64,000 nucleotides of DNA from a virus: the IMG/VR virus record IMGVR_UViG_3300030109_003951, positions 1 to 64,000 of that record; one strand, given 5' to 3'. Below, in pieces: positions 1-7,741 of the stretch. Numbering within the stretch: position 1 is the first letter of the stretch; each line of letters starts with the position of its first letter. A model generated the notes under the pieces. It worked only from the letters and a program-made list of their open reading frames with translations, was not told the origin of the DNA and searched no databases. The position numbers and the translations under genes are program-made.

Positions 1-20
1 AAGACAAGAAAGGTGATAAC

Positions 21-317
21 ATGGCGTGGGAAGATATATTGAAAGATGATGTTGATACATTCAATAAGTTGCTTAAAGATATTAAAGAAACTCAGAAAAA
101 ATTAAAGGATGTTCATAGAGTTATAAGTAGATTGATTTACGATGATATAATGGAATATTCACAAGTTTATGGTGGGTTTTTACCTAAATCTTTGGTGGGC
201 GAGGCTATGAGTATTGTAGACGAATATGAAATGACTGATGATAAACTTGAAAAACTTATGAAGAAAGTTGCCGAGATGATGGCGATATATGCAAAAAAAG
301 ACAATCCAATGTTATAG
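21..317 (+). CDS. Hypothetical helical protein with W-x-x-I-L-K leader
   Basis: Begins MAWEDILK; AGGTGA SD 4 nt upstream. Confidence 0.75.
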   Translation: MAWEDILKDDVDTFNKLLKDIKETQKKLKDVHRVISRLIYDDIMEYSQVYGGFLPKSLVGEAMSIVDEYEMTDDKLEKLMKKVAEMMAIYAKKDNPML

Positions 318-326
318 GTGATTAAC

Positions 327-647
327 ATGACGTGGGAAGATATAATCAAACAAGATGATTTAGGAATTCTTAAAGTTGGAGATTATATTGAAGAATTTTC
401 ACCGAATCGCCGTAGAGATGGTGTTGTTATCAGCATTAGCATAGCAATGGAAGAAAATGATGCTGCTGGTGAATATTCTTCTGCGGTAGATGTTAAAAAA
501 TATGATACTAGTTTAAAATATCAAGGTTCTGTAGTTTTCGGGCCAAGTTGGAGAGGTGGTAATTATTGGACTTATTTAGAGCGTATAACTAAAATAGTTC
601 CACAAGGCACTCCCGAATTTAAAAAATTAACAGAAGGAAGTGAATAA
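327..647 (+). CDS. Hypothetical protein with leader (MTWEDIIK)
   Basis: ORF track starts at 318; ATG at 327 follows GGTGA SD. Confidence 0.75.
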   Translation: MTWEDIIKQDDLGILKVGDYIEEFSPNRRRDGVVISISIAMEENDAAGEYSSAVDVKKYDTSLKYQGSVVFGPSWRGGNYWTYLERITKIVPQGTPEFKKLTEGSE

Positions 648-648
648 T

Positions 649-942
649 ATGAGTTGGCAAGATATATTAAAACAAGATGTTATAAGTCAATTAGAAGAAC
701 TTAAAGACTTTGCAAATTTTAAGGGCAGATTTGAAGGTAAGTTACGTGCTGATGCACACCCGCAAGAAATTGCTGGCAAACTTAACGATAATTTTATCCA
801 ATTAAAAGGTAAAATAGATGATAAACTTTTTAGAGATTTACAAAAACAAATTCGTAATATTTCGAATAAATCTAATGATTTGGGTGTTGCCTTTGGCGTG
901 TTTGCTGATATTATAGATGATTATTTAGAGAAAAGTAGGTGA
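649..942 (+). CDS. Hypothetical protein with leader (MSWQDILK)
   Basis: ORF 640..942; ATG at 649 starts the leader. Confidence 0.75.
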   Translation: MSWQDILKQDVISQLEELKDFANFKGRFEGKLRADAHPQEIAGKLNDNFIQLKGKIDDKLFRDLQKQIRNISNKSNDLGVAFGVFADIIDDYLEKSR

Positions 943-947
943 ATAAT

Positions 948-1613
948 ATGACATGGAAAGACATCCTAAAAGCAAAGAAGCCAGATTTCCTAGACCTTGA
1001 TGGTGATGGAAATAAAAAAGAGCCAATGTCTGAGGCTGCTAAAGATGTGGAGAAGCAAACTGGTAAAGGGTTAGAATCCATAGCACACGATGAGCAAGAT
1101 TTGAAATATTTAATGTCACTCAATCCTCAAAAATTAAAACAAGTATTAGAGGCTAGGAAAAGAGTTTCACAAGGCATTCCTTCTGATGCGGGTCAAAGAC
1201 CAAGGATTCCTCAATTTAAAAAAATTTTAAAAATAAGCATGGACGAAGCCCGTAGTCTTGGAGATAAATATGCTCCAGAAGATATGAAGGAACCTGTAGA
1301 GGATGAAATAGATAGAAAACAAATCATAGCAGAAGTTCAAGGTTGGATAAATAAATATGATTGGAGTGGTTGGAATAGAGATAATAAATTATTACCTCCT
1401 AGAATTTATTTTGGAAAAAACAATCGAGGTGGGGCCATACTAAAAGATGGTAAAAGAATTTACTATACCTTCGGTAGAAATCAATTGACTCTTGGTGAAT
1501 TAACTGGGACTAAAGATTTAAAAATCGGCCCATCTTTTAAAAATGCAATAGGCACAGCAGAAGAAACACTTAGAAAATTACATTCGGATTTAAAGGGGGA
1601 TAACCAAATATGA
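948..1613 (+). CDS. Leader-bearing multi-segment protein with EF-hand-like DLDGDG loop
   Basis: MTWKDILK; PDFLDLDGDGNKKEPM; internal KKILKI. Confidence 0.7.
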   Translation: MTWKDILKAKKPDFLDLDGDGNKKEPMSEAAKDVEKQTGKGLESIAHDEQDLKYLMSLNPQKLKQVLEARKRVSQGIPSDAGQRPRIPQFKKILKISMDEARSLGDKYAPEDMKEPVEDEIDRKQIIAEVQGWINKYDWSGWNRDNKLLPPRIYFGKNNRGGAILKDGKRIYYTFGRNQLTLGELTGTKDLKIGPSFKNAIGTAEETLRKLHSDLKGDNQI

Positions 1614-1864
1614 CATGGAAACAAGTACTTCAAAAGCCTCTAGGTAAGCAGTTACAATCTGATATTCTAAAATATGTAGAATATAATCCTAATACAACAG
1701 TTAACAAAATCATTAAAGGTTTAAACAAAAATAATCTCAAAAAGAATAGACTAAAATATTTTTTAGATAATCATTCCAACATTGCAAAAGAAGAAAAATT
1801 ATCAAAGTATGTTAACGCAAATGCATTAGCAGTAAAAGAAACTACATATAAGGTGATTAAATGA
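1610..1864 (+). CDS. Small basic, possibly winged-helix protein with leader (MTWKQVLQK)
   Basis: ATGA overlap; ILKYVEYNPNTTVNKI resembles a wHTH start. Confidence 0.6.
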   Translation: MTWKQVLQKPLGKQLQSDILKYVEYNPNTTVNKIIKGLNKNNLKKNRLKYFLDNHSNIAKEEKLSKYVNANALAVKETTYKVIK

Positions 1865-2331
1865 GTTGGCAAGATATATTAAAAAATAGAAAAACCTATA
1901 CAGAAAATGATATGGAGAGATTAGCCCCTTATTGGTGGTCAGACCTTGTTAGAGAGATGGCAAAAGAACCCGAGTTTGAATTATTCGGCTTCGGGACTTC
2001 TCAAGAGGATGATGTTTACCAAGACACATGGGATAAATTTACTAGTGATAAAAATTGGCTTAACAATATAAAATGGTGGAAGCCTTGGTTTGATGTAAGT
2101 GATACTGAAAAAGAAATGAGAGAAAAGGTATTGCGTTTTGAACCTAATAGTTTCGAAGATTATAATTGGAGTGATAAAACTTTGGATTTTTTTGCTAATA
2201 ATTTTTCTGCAACTGGTGGTTATACGATTAGTTCTGGTAAAGATTATAACAAACGTCTTGGCTATATTCCGTCTAAGGGTAGATTAACTGAAAGGTTCTT
2301 TCAACAATCCAAGAAAAACAAAGGTGATTAA
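1861..2331 (+). CDS. Trp-rich hypothetical protein with leader (MSWQDILK)
   Basis: ORF, AGGTGA SD, leader. Confidence 0.75.
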   Translation: MSWQDILKNRKTYTENDMERLAPYWWSDLVREMAKEPEFELFGFGTSQEDDVYQDTWDKFTSDKNWLNNIKWWKPWFDVSDTEKEMREKVLRFEPNSFEDYNWSDKTLDFFANNFSATGGYTISSGKDYNKRLGYIPSKGRLTERFFQQSKKNKGD

Positions 2332-2526
2332 ATGACAACAGAAAAGTGGTTCCAACAACTCAAAGCAACAGGGTCAGTTACCTCAAGCAGTGCTGCTGGT
2401 GGAGGCCCATCAAACTCAGCAACTACAGAAGGGATTTCTTTTATTGATTCACAAGGAAATCCTAGTCTAAGATTTGGCAAAAAGAAAAGGAGGAAAAAAC
2501 ATGGTAAAAACAAAGAAAGATGCTAA
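2332..2526 (+). CDS. Small Gly/Ser-rich protein with basic tail and variant leader (EKWFQQLK)
   Basis: ORF with AGGTGA SD. Confidence 0.6.
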   Translation: MTTEKWFQQLKATGSVTSSSAAGGGPSNSATTEGISFIDSQGNPSLRFGKKKRRKKHGKNKERC

Positions 2527-3589
2527 TGATGCCTTCAATAAATATGTAAGAGAACTTAAAGCGGCTGATAGTGCTACTATAGGTATGGCAAAAGGAAATC
2601 TTTATAGATTTTTAAGTGGACATGGCACTGCGAGTAGACCTGCTGCTAGAGGAGGCAAAAGAAAAGCCTCTGGGCTTTATAGGTTTTTTACTCAAATGCA
2701 AAATATTTTCAAAGGGGAAGCAGATTTAACTAATCAACAATTAAAATTAATTAGAGAAACGATTAGAAAATTAAAAGGTGTTGGGGATAATAGTATTAAT
2801 AATCCAAGAAATATACCTTTTACTTATCCTACTGGAGAAGATGGTAGTGGTCGAGCCATACAATATGGCCACCCTAATAGTAAAGAATATGTTCAAGGAA
2901 TGAAGAATAAAAAGAAGGCAAGGGGAGAAACTTATGAAGTTCAATCATACATGAATAACATTCCTGATGCTTGGACTAGTCAAACTTTAGGGACTGCTAG
3001 AAATCCTTTGTGGCAAGCATTTTTTGTTGGTGAGAATGAGTCTTTCAAGGGTAAAATCATTTCTATTGGTTTACTTCCGTTGTTAGAAAAAATAGAAAAA
3101 GGTTTGGCTGGAGAAAGTGTGGCGTTAACTATTCCTGCTAGAACATTACAAAAAGATTCTACGCTTGAGCAATTAGTAGATATTAAAGATGTTAGAAAGA
3201 GATTAAACGAAATCATGAGAACTAACAACCTATGGTCTAAAACTAAATCTACAGATAAAGAAGATAAGGAAATAAATGTTGTTAGAATCAAATTTACAGA
3301 CATGAATCGTAGACTAACAGGTTTACCATACAAAGTTACTCCAGAAGAACTCAACACTGTCAAAACATTATCGGGTAATAAAGATGCAGCAGGAGGGGTT
3401 AGTGAATTCAATTTACTTTCAATGACTGCTAATCAAATAGAGAAATTATTGCTTGCTGCTTTTGGAGCAGATGCAAAAGTTGGTGGGGTTCCAGTTCAAT
3501 GGTTTAACTTGTGGAAGACATCCCCAAGGATGGCAGAAACTAGAGATTTGCAAAAAATGCATTGGCGAGATTATTTACAGGTGAGGTGA
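2501..3589 (+). CDS. Basic hypothetical protein; ends in leader-like helix (KMHWRDYLQVR)
   Basis: ORF 2474..3589; likely ATG at 2501 after AGGAGG. Confidence 0.75.
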   Translation: MVKTKKDANDAFNKYVRELKAADSATIGMAKGNLYRFLSGHGTASRPAARGGKRKASGLYRFFTQMQNIFKGEADLTNQQLKLIRETIRKLKGVGDNSINNPRNIPFTYPTGEDGSGRAIQYGHPNSKEYVQGMKNKKKARGETYEVQSYMNNIPDAWTSQTLGTARNPLWQAFFVGENESFKGKIISIGLLPLLEKIEKGLAGESVALTIPARTLQKDSTLEQLVDIKDVRKRLNEIMRTNNLWSKTKSTDKEDKEINVVRIKFTDMNRRLTGLPYKVTPEELNTVKTLSGNKDAAGGVSEFNLLSMTANQIEKLLLAAFGADAKVGGVPVQWFNLWKTSPRMAETRDLQKMHWRDYLQVR

Positions 3590-3593
3590 TACC

Positions 3594-3980
3594 ATCGGTT
3601 GGGAAATAATCTTAAAACAATTGGCTTGTCCTACTGCCACAAAGGATTTAAAACTCAACACTAAAAATAGAGATAGTGCAATCAAAGCCAAACACATTCA
3701 ATATGGCCCCCTTAACTTAGAAGATGAAGATTATTGGGTTAGGGCAGCAGACCATTGGAACACATCAGTTGAAGTTGCTAAAAAATCAAAATGCTCTAAT
3801 TGTATTGCTTTTGATATTAGTGATAGAATGATGGATTGTATGCCTCTTGAGGGAGACTTAGGTTATTGCTGGATGCACCATTTCAAATGTCACAAAGACA
3901 GAACTTGTTACACTTGGGCTGCTGGAGGCCCGATAGATGATGATAAAACATCAAAAGAAAATCAAATGAAGGGGGAGTAA
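3594..3980 (+). CDS. Cys-rich viral protein; probable ATC start giving leader (I/M)GWEIILK
   Basis: ORF track starts at TTG 3621. The in-frame extension to ATC 3594 lies 4 nt after GAGGTGA and encodes the leader. CxNC, GYCW, FKC and RTC motifs. Confidence 0.7.
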   Translation: MGWEIILKQLACPTATKDLKLNTKNRDSAIKAKHIQYGPLNLEDEDYWVRAADHWNTSVEVAKKSKCSNCIAFDISDRMMDCMPLEGDLGYCWMHHFKCHKDRTCYTWAAGGPIDDDKTSKENQMKGE

Positions 3981-3981
3981 T

Positions 3982-4365
3982 ATGTGGCAAGAAATCCTCA
4001 AGAAGAAAAAAGATGCCTGTTATCATAAGGTAAGAAGTCGTTACAAGAAATGGCCTTCTGCTTATGCTAGTGGCGCATTAGTTCAATGTCGAAAAGTTGG
4101 TGCGGCTAATTGGGGAGAATCTGAAAAGAAATCTGAAATTGAAAAGGGTAAAATAAAAGATACTCTTTATAGATGGTTTAAAAGGAGAGGCGGTAAAGAA
4201 ACTAAAGATGGTAAAACACAATCTGGATGGATTGCTTGTGGAACATGTGATGATAAAAACGGCCCTAAACCATGTGGAAGAGAAGATGCTGATAAAGGAA
4301 GAAAAAGAAGATGTAGGCCAACTTGTGCAGCATGTAAAACTTACAAAAGGAGGAGAGGCACATGA
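3982..4365 (+). CDS. Highly basic Cys-containing two-domain protein with leader (MWQEILK)
   Basis: DACYHKV...WPSAYASGALVQCRK; second domain RWFK...CGTC...PCGR...CRPTCAAC. Confidence 0.75.
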   Translation: MWQEILKKKKDACYHKVRSRYKKWPSAYASGALVQCRKVGAANWGESEKKSEIEKGKIKDTLYRWFKRRGGKETKDGKTQSGWIACGTCDDKNGPKPCGREDADKGRKRRCRPTCAACKTYKRRRGT

Positions 4366-4715
4366 GTTGGTTTGATGTTCTGAAAAAAAAGAAAGAAAGC
4401 CCAAGGCAGAAGGCTACAGAAAGAGCAAAAAAGAAAGGACTCAAAGGGGTAAATAAACCACAGGGATTAAAAAAAGACCCAGAAAAATCTCATCATGTTA
4501 TGGCTTTTGAAAATAATAAAGCAAAATATATGAAATTTGGCCAAAAAGGAGTAAAAACTAACCAAACTGCTGGACAAAGAGAGGCTTTCAAGGCTCGACA
4601 TGCTAAGAATATCAAGCGTGGAAAGATGTCTCGTGCTTATTGGGCGGATAAAGTAAAATGGAGTCCAAGTAAAACTAAAGAAAAGAAAAATAAAAATTGG
4701 AGAAAGGGTTCATAA
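4362..4715 (+). CDS. Highly basic protein with leader (MSWFDVLK), probably nucleic-acid binding
   Basis: KFGQKG...AFKARH...AYWA..VKW; very Lys/Arg-rich. Confidence 0.75.
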   Translation: MSWFDVLKKKKESPRQKATERAKKKGLKGVNKPQGLKKDPEKSHHVMAFENNKAKYMKFGQKGVKTNQTAGQREAFKARHAKNIKRGKMSRAYWADKVKWSPSKTKEKKNKNWRKGS

Positions 4716-5101
4716 TGTGGTTTGATTTGTTAAAAAGCATTAGTTATTCTGCTATTGTTCTTGATGACCCGTCCAAAAAAAAATTATTACCACTTGTTCC
4801 AAAGGGTTGGAAACCATACGCTCACCACATGACTATTAAACTCGGCCCATTAAAAGAAGATTCACAGTATAAAGTTGGTGATAAAGTATCAATGAATATT
4901 ACTGATGTTGGTATGGATGATAGAGCAATGGCTGTTAAAGTAGATGCTAAAAGAGATGACAGTAGAGGATTCCCTCATGTTACTGTTGCAACTAGTCCCG
5001 ATGGTGGAAAACCATTTCATTCTAATCAAATACCAGAAGAAAATTTTAAACCTTTTAGTGGCACCTTAACTGGGGTAGTAGAAGAAGTCCCCAACAGGTG
5101 A
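4715..5101 (+). CDS. 2H phosphoesterase (2',3'-cyclic phosphodiesterase-like) with leader (MWFDLLK)
   Basis: Two HxT motifs (HHMTI, PHVTV); ATG at 4715 overlaps the upstream TAA. Confidence 0.8.
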   Translation: MWFDLLKSISYSAIVLDDPSKKKLLPLVPKGWKPYAHHMTIKLGPLKEDSQYKVGDKVSMNITDVGMDDRAMAVKVDAKRDDSRGFPHVTVATSPDGGKPFHSNQIPEENFKPFSGTLTGVVEEVPNR

Positions 5102-5105
5102 TATT

Positions 5106-5609
5106 ATGAGTTGGATGGACATTCTTAAAGCAATTAACAAAATTGTTATTATTGATTTTGACCAAACACTATTTTATACTCCTACTCCAGAAGAAGGTAA
5201 AAAAAAATATCAAGAAGTTACTGGTGAGGAATATCCCCACATTGGTTGGTGGAGTAAACCAGAAAGTTTAGATACAGATATTTTTGATATTCCAGTCAAT
5301 AAAGAAATACTTAGCAAGTATAGAGAGTGTGAAAGTGATTCCACTTGCATGACCGTTTTGTGTACGGGTAGAGTTCCAAAAGTAGAAAAGGAAGTTAAGG
5401 CTTTATTTAAAGAACATGGCATTAATTTTGACAGAGAATATTTTGCTAAACTGCAAACCTTGAGACATAAATTAAAAACTTTTGAAGATTTATACCGAGA
5501 ATATCCAAACGCACAAATTACTGCTTATGATGATAGAGATGACCATTTACCCGAATTCCAAAAGTGGGCGGAAGATAAAGACAATGTAGACATTGTGCAT
5601 GTGAAGTGA
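5106..5609 (+). CDS. HAD-superfamily phosphatase (RNA-repair/PNKP-like) with leader (MSWMDILK)
   Basis: Motif I DFDQTLF, motif II CTGR, motif III K, motif IV YDDRDDH. Confidence 0.85.
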   Translation: MSWMDILKAINKIVIIDFDQTLFYTPTPEEGKKKYQEVTGEEYPHIGWWSKPESLDTDIFDIPVNKEILSKYRECESDSTCMTVLCTGRVPKVEKEVKALFKEHGINFDREYFAKLQTLRHKLKTFEDLYREYPNAQITAYDDRDDHLPEFQKWAEDKDNVDIVHVK

Positions 5610-5613
5610 TATT

Positions 5614-6855
5614 ATGAGTTGGATGGATATTCTCAAAGTTTCGTTAGATATTCTCACTGATGAGTTGCGTAGAGACATCAAATCAAAAGGTGGTAAAATT
5701 TACCAGATTGGTGGTGCAGTTCGAGATGAGTTTTTAGGTAAAGTGTCTAAAGATTTAGATTTGATAATTGCAGGAATAGACATTGACGATTTGCAAAAAA
5801 TTCTAAATCAACATGGTAAGGTAAATTTAGTCGGTAAAAGTTTTGGTGTGTTGAAGTTTAATCCTTTTGGTCAAGAAGGAGAACCAGTAGATATTGTTGT
5901 TCCTAGAATAGAAGTTAGCACAGGAGAAGGTCACAAAGATTTCGAGGTCAGATTAGGTAAAGACATCACGTTAGAAGAAGAACAGTTGCGTAGAGATTTT
6001 TGGATGAATGCAATCGCCAAAGATATTGAAACTGGAGAAATTATCGACATTGGTGGAAAAGGCCAACTCGATATAAAAAATAAACAGATTTCTGTAATCA
6101 ATCCAAAAGCATTTGAGGATGACCCGTTAAGAATGTTAAGAGCAGTACAATTCGCATCTAGATTTAATTTTAAAATAGAAAACGAAACCATGAAAGAAAT
6201 AAAGAAAAACGCTGCAAAAATTAAGACGGTTTCCAATGACAGGTATCAAGAAGAGTTTAGAAAAATGTTCGAGAAGTCTAGTAAGCCAACTGTAGGTGTT
6301 AAACTTTTGATAGAAACAGGGTTAATGAATCATATATTTAGTAAAGGGGAAGTTAATCCTTTGATGGATAAATTAAGTAAAGATGCCTTTCCAACTTTTT
6401 TAGCATTATTTGGTGAAGGGTCAAGTGGCTCAGAAATACAAAGTGTAATGAAGTTGTCTAACAAAGATGCCAACATCGTTCAAGCAGTTATGGATTTCCA
6501 AAAAATAAATTTAGATGATTTAAATGTGGTTAAATTTTTATCTAAAGTCAAGGATAAGAAAGATGTTATTCGCAATATTGATGCTTTGCAAAAAGCCAAA
6601 GGACAAACAACATTAAGTGAGCAATTAAAATCAATGAAAGGAAAACCAACAAGTCTCAAAGAATTAGCAGTTACAGGTAAGGATTTGTTAGATGAGGGAA
6701 TCAGTGGAAGAAAAATTGGTGAGATTTTGAATTATTTGTTAGAATTAGCAGTCAAAACTGGTAAAAATGATAAAGAGTTTTTACTTAGCAGGGCTAAGTC
6801 GGAGTTCAATGAAGAACTATGGAAAAGCATATTAAGGAGAAATACTCGTTGGTGA
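5614..6855 (+). CDS. cca: Class II (bacterial-type) tRNA nucleotidyltransferase / CCA-adding enzyme without HD domain, with leader (MSWMDILK)
   Basis: GGAVRD..DLD, RRDF..NA, EDDPLRMLRAVQFASRF, RxE flexible loop, C-terminal GKDL...GRKIG. Confidence 0.88.
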   Translation: MSWMDILKVSLDILTDELRRDIKSKGGKIYQIGGAVRDEFLGKVSKDLDLIIAGIDIDDLQKILNQHGKVNLVGKSFGVLKFNPFGQEGEPVDIVVPRIEVSTGEGHKDFEVRLGKDITLEEEQLRRDFWMNAIAKDIETGEIIDIGGKGQLDIKNKQISVINPKAFEDDPLRMLRAVQFASRFNFKIENETMKEIKKNAAKIKTVSNDRYQEEFRKMFEKSSKPTVGVKLLIETGLMNHIFSKGEVNPLMDKLSKDAFPTFLALFGEGSSGSEIQSVMKLSNKDANIVQAVMDFQKINLDDLNVVKFLSKVKDKKDVIRNIDALQKAKGQTTLSEQLKSMKGKPTSLKELAVTGKDLLDEGISGRKIGEILNYLLELAVKTGKNDKEFLLSRAKSEFNEELWKSILRRNTRW

Positions 6856-6860
6856 TACAA

Positions 6861-7517
6861 ATGGTAACTAGAAGAAGATGTAAAGTCTGTCAACATGAAG
6901 ACAGGACACAAATAGAAGAGATGGTCAATTCAATGACTAAAACTTGTGATGATTTAGATATAGAATTCGATTGGGCAAGTGGTACAACAGCCCGTCACAT
7001 GAGAAACCATACTCAAGGATATGATGATGCCTCTAATCCTCAATGTGCTGTTTGTACTCATCCAGAAAGGGCTAAAATAGAAACAGACATCACAGAAGGT
7101 ACGATTCCTGCTAGTGAAGTAGCAGCACAATTGGGAACAACAGATGCTCAAATTAGAAAACATATGAGGTCACATTTACAACCTCTTGTGCAAAAATCTG
7201 CTGCAACTCAAATTGCTCGTAGAGAAATTGATGAGATAGATATGCTTAGTGCAAACTTACAAAGATTAGATGGTAAATTAGATGAGTTATTTGACATGCC
7301 TACTCACACTACGAGAGAATTAGATTCACTGACTAAACTCGCAAAAGAGATTCGTGAGTCTTTGAAATACCTTATGGAGTTCAAGGGCAAACTTATTCAC
7401 CGAAGGCAGGACACCATCATCGTAGCGCAGATGCAGATTGTCCAAGAAGTGTTGGCGCAAAATCATCCTCAAGTGTGGTTAGACGTTAAAGAAAAGATGA
7501 AGGAGAAGTTACAGTGA
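6861..7517 (+). CDS. Tandem CxxC...HxxxH zinc-finger/HTH protein with coiled coil; candidate terminase small subunit
   Basis: CKVCQH...HMRNH and CAVCTH...HMRSH; lies upstream of TerL; function inferred from position. Confidence 0.5.
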   Translation: MVTRRRCKVCQHEDRTQIEEMVNSMTKTCDDLDIEFDWASGTTARHMRNHTQGYDDASNPQCAVCTHPERAKIETDITEGTIPASEVAAQLGTTDAQIRKHMRSHLQPLVQKSAATQIARREIDEIDMLSANLQRLDGKLDELFDMPTHTTRELDSLTKLAKEIRESLKYLMEFKGKLIHRRQDTIIVAQMQIVQEVLAQNHPQVWLDVKEKMKEKLQ

Positions 7518-7741
7518 GTTGGAGAAGTCTGCTAAAGATTGCTATGGAAGGTTCTAGAAAAACCTTCGATAATTACGAAAGGGCTAAACGCCTTGCTCGT
7601 ACATGGTCTTTTGCAGAACCTCACGTTATCAGAGAAAAAAATGGTAAATTTACAGTCATGATGAAAAAAGACACTAAAGGTTTTCCAGAAGCAGATTTTG
7701 GCCCAGTTGTTCATGAACAAAAAGCGAGGTTTTCAAGATGA
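7514..7741 (+). CDS. Small protein with leader (MSWRSLLK, GTG start)
   Basis: ORF overlaps both neighbours. Confidence 0.65.
   Translation: MSWRSLLKIAMEGSRKTFDNYERAKRLARTWSFAEPHVIREKNGKFTVMMKKDTKGFPEADFGPVVHEQKARFSR

Noticed and set aside
21-6855. Recurring leader DNA as a CRISPR array or integron attC sites
   Set aside because: The repeats are protein-coding with synonymous variation, are separated by whole genes of variable length, and lack palindromic structure; no integrase in the window
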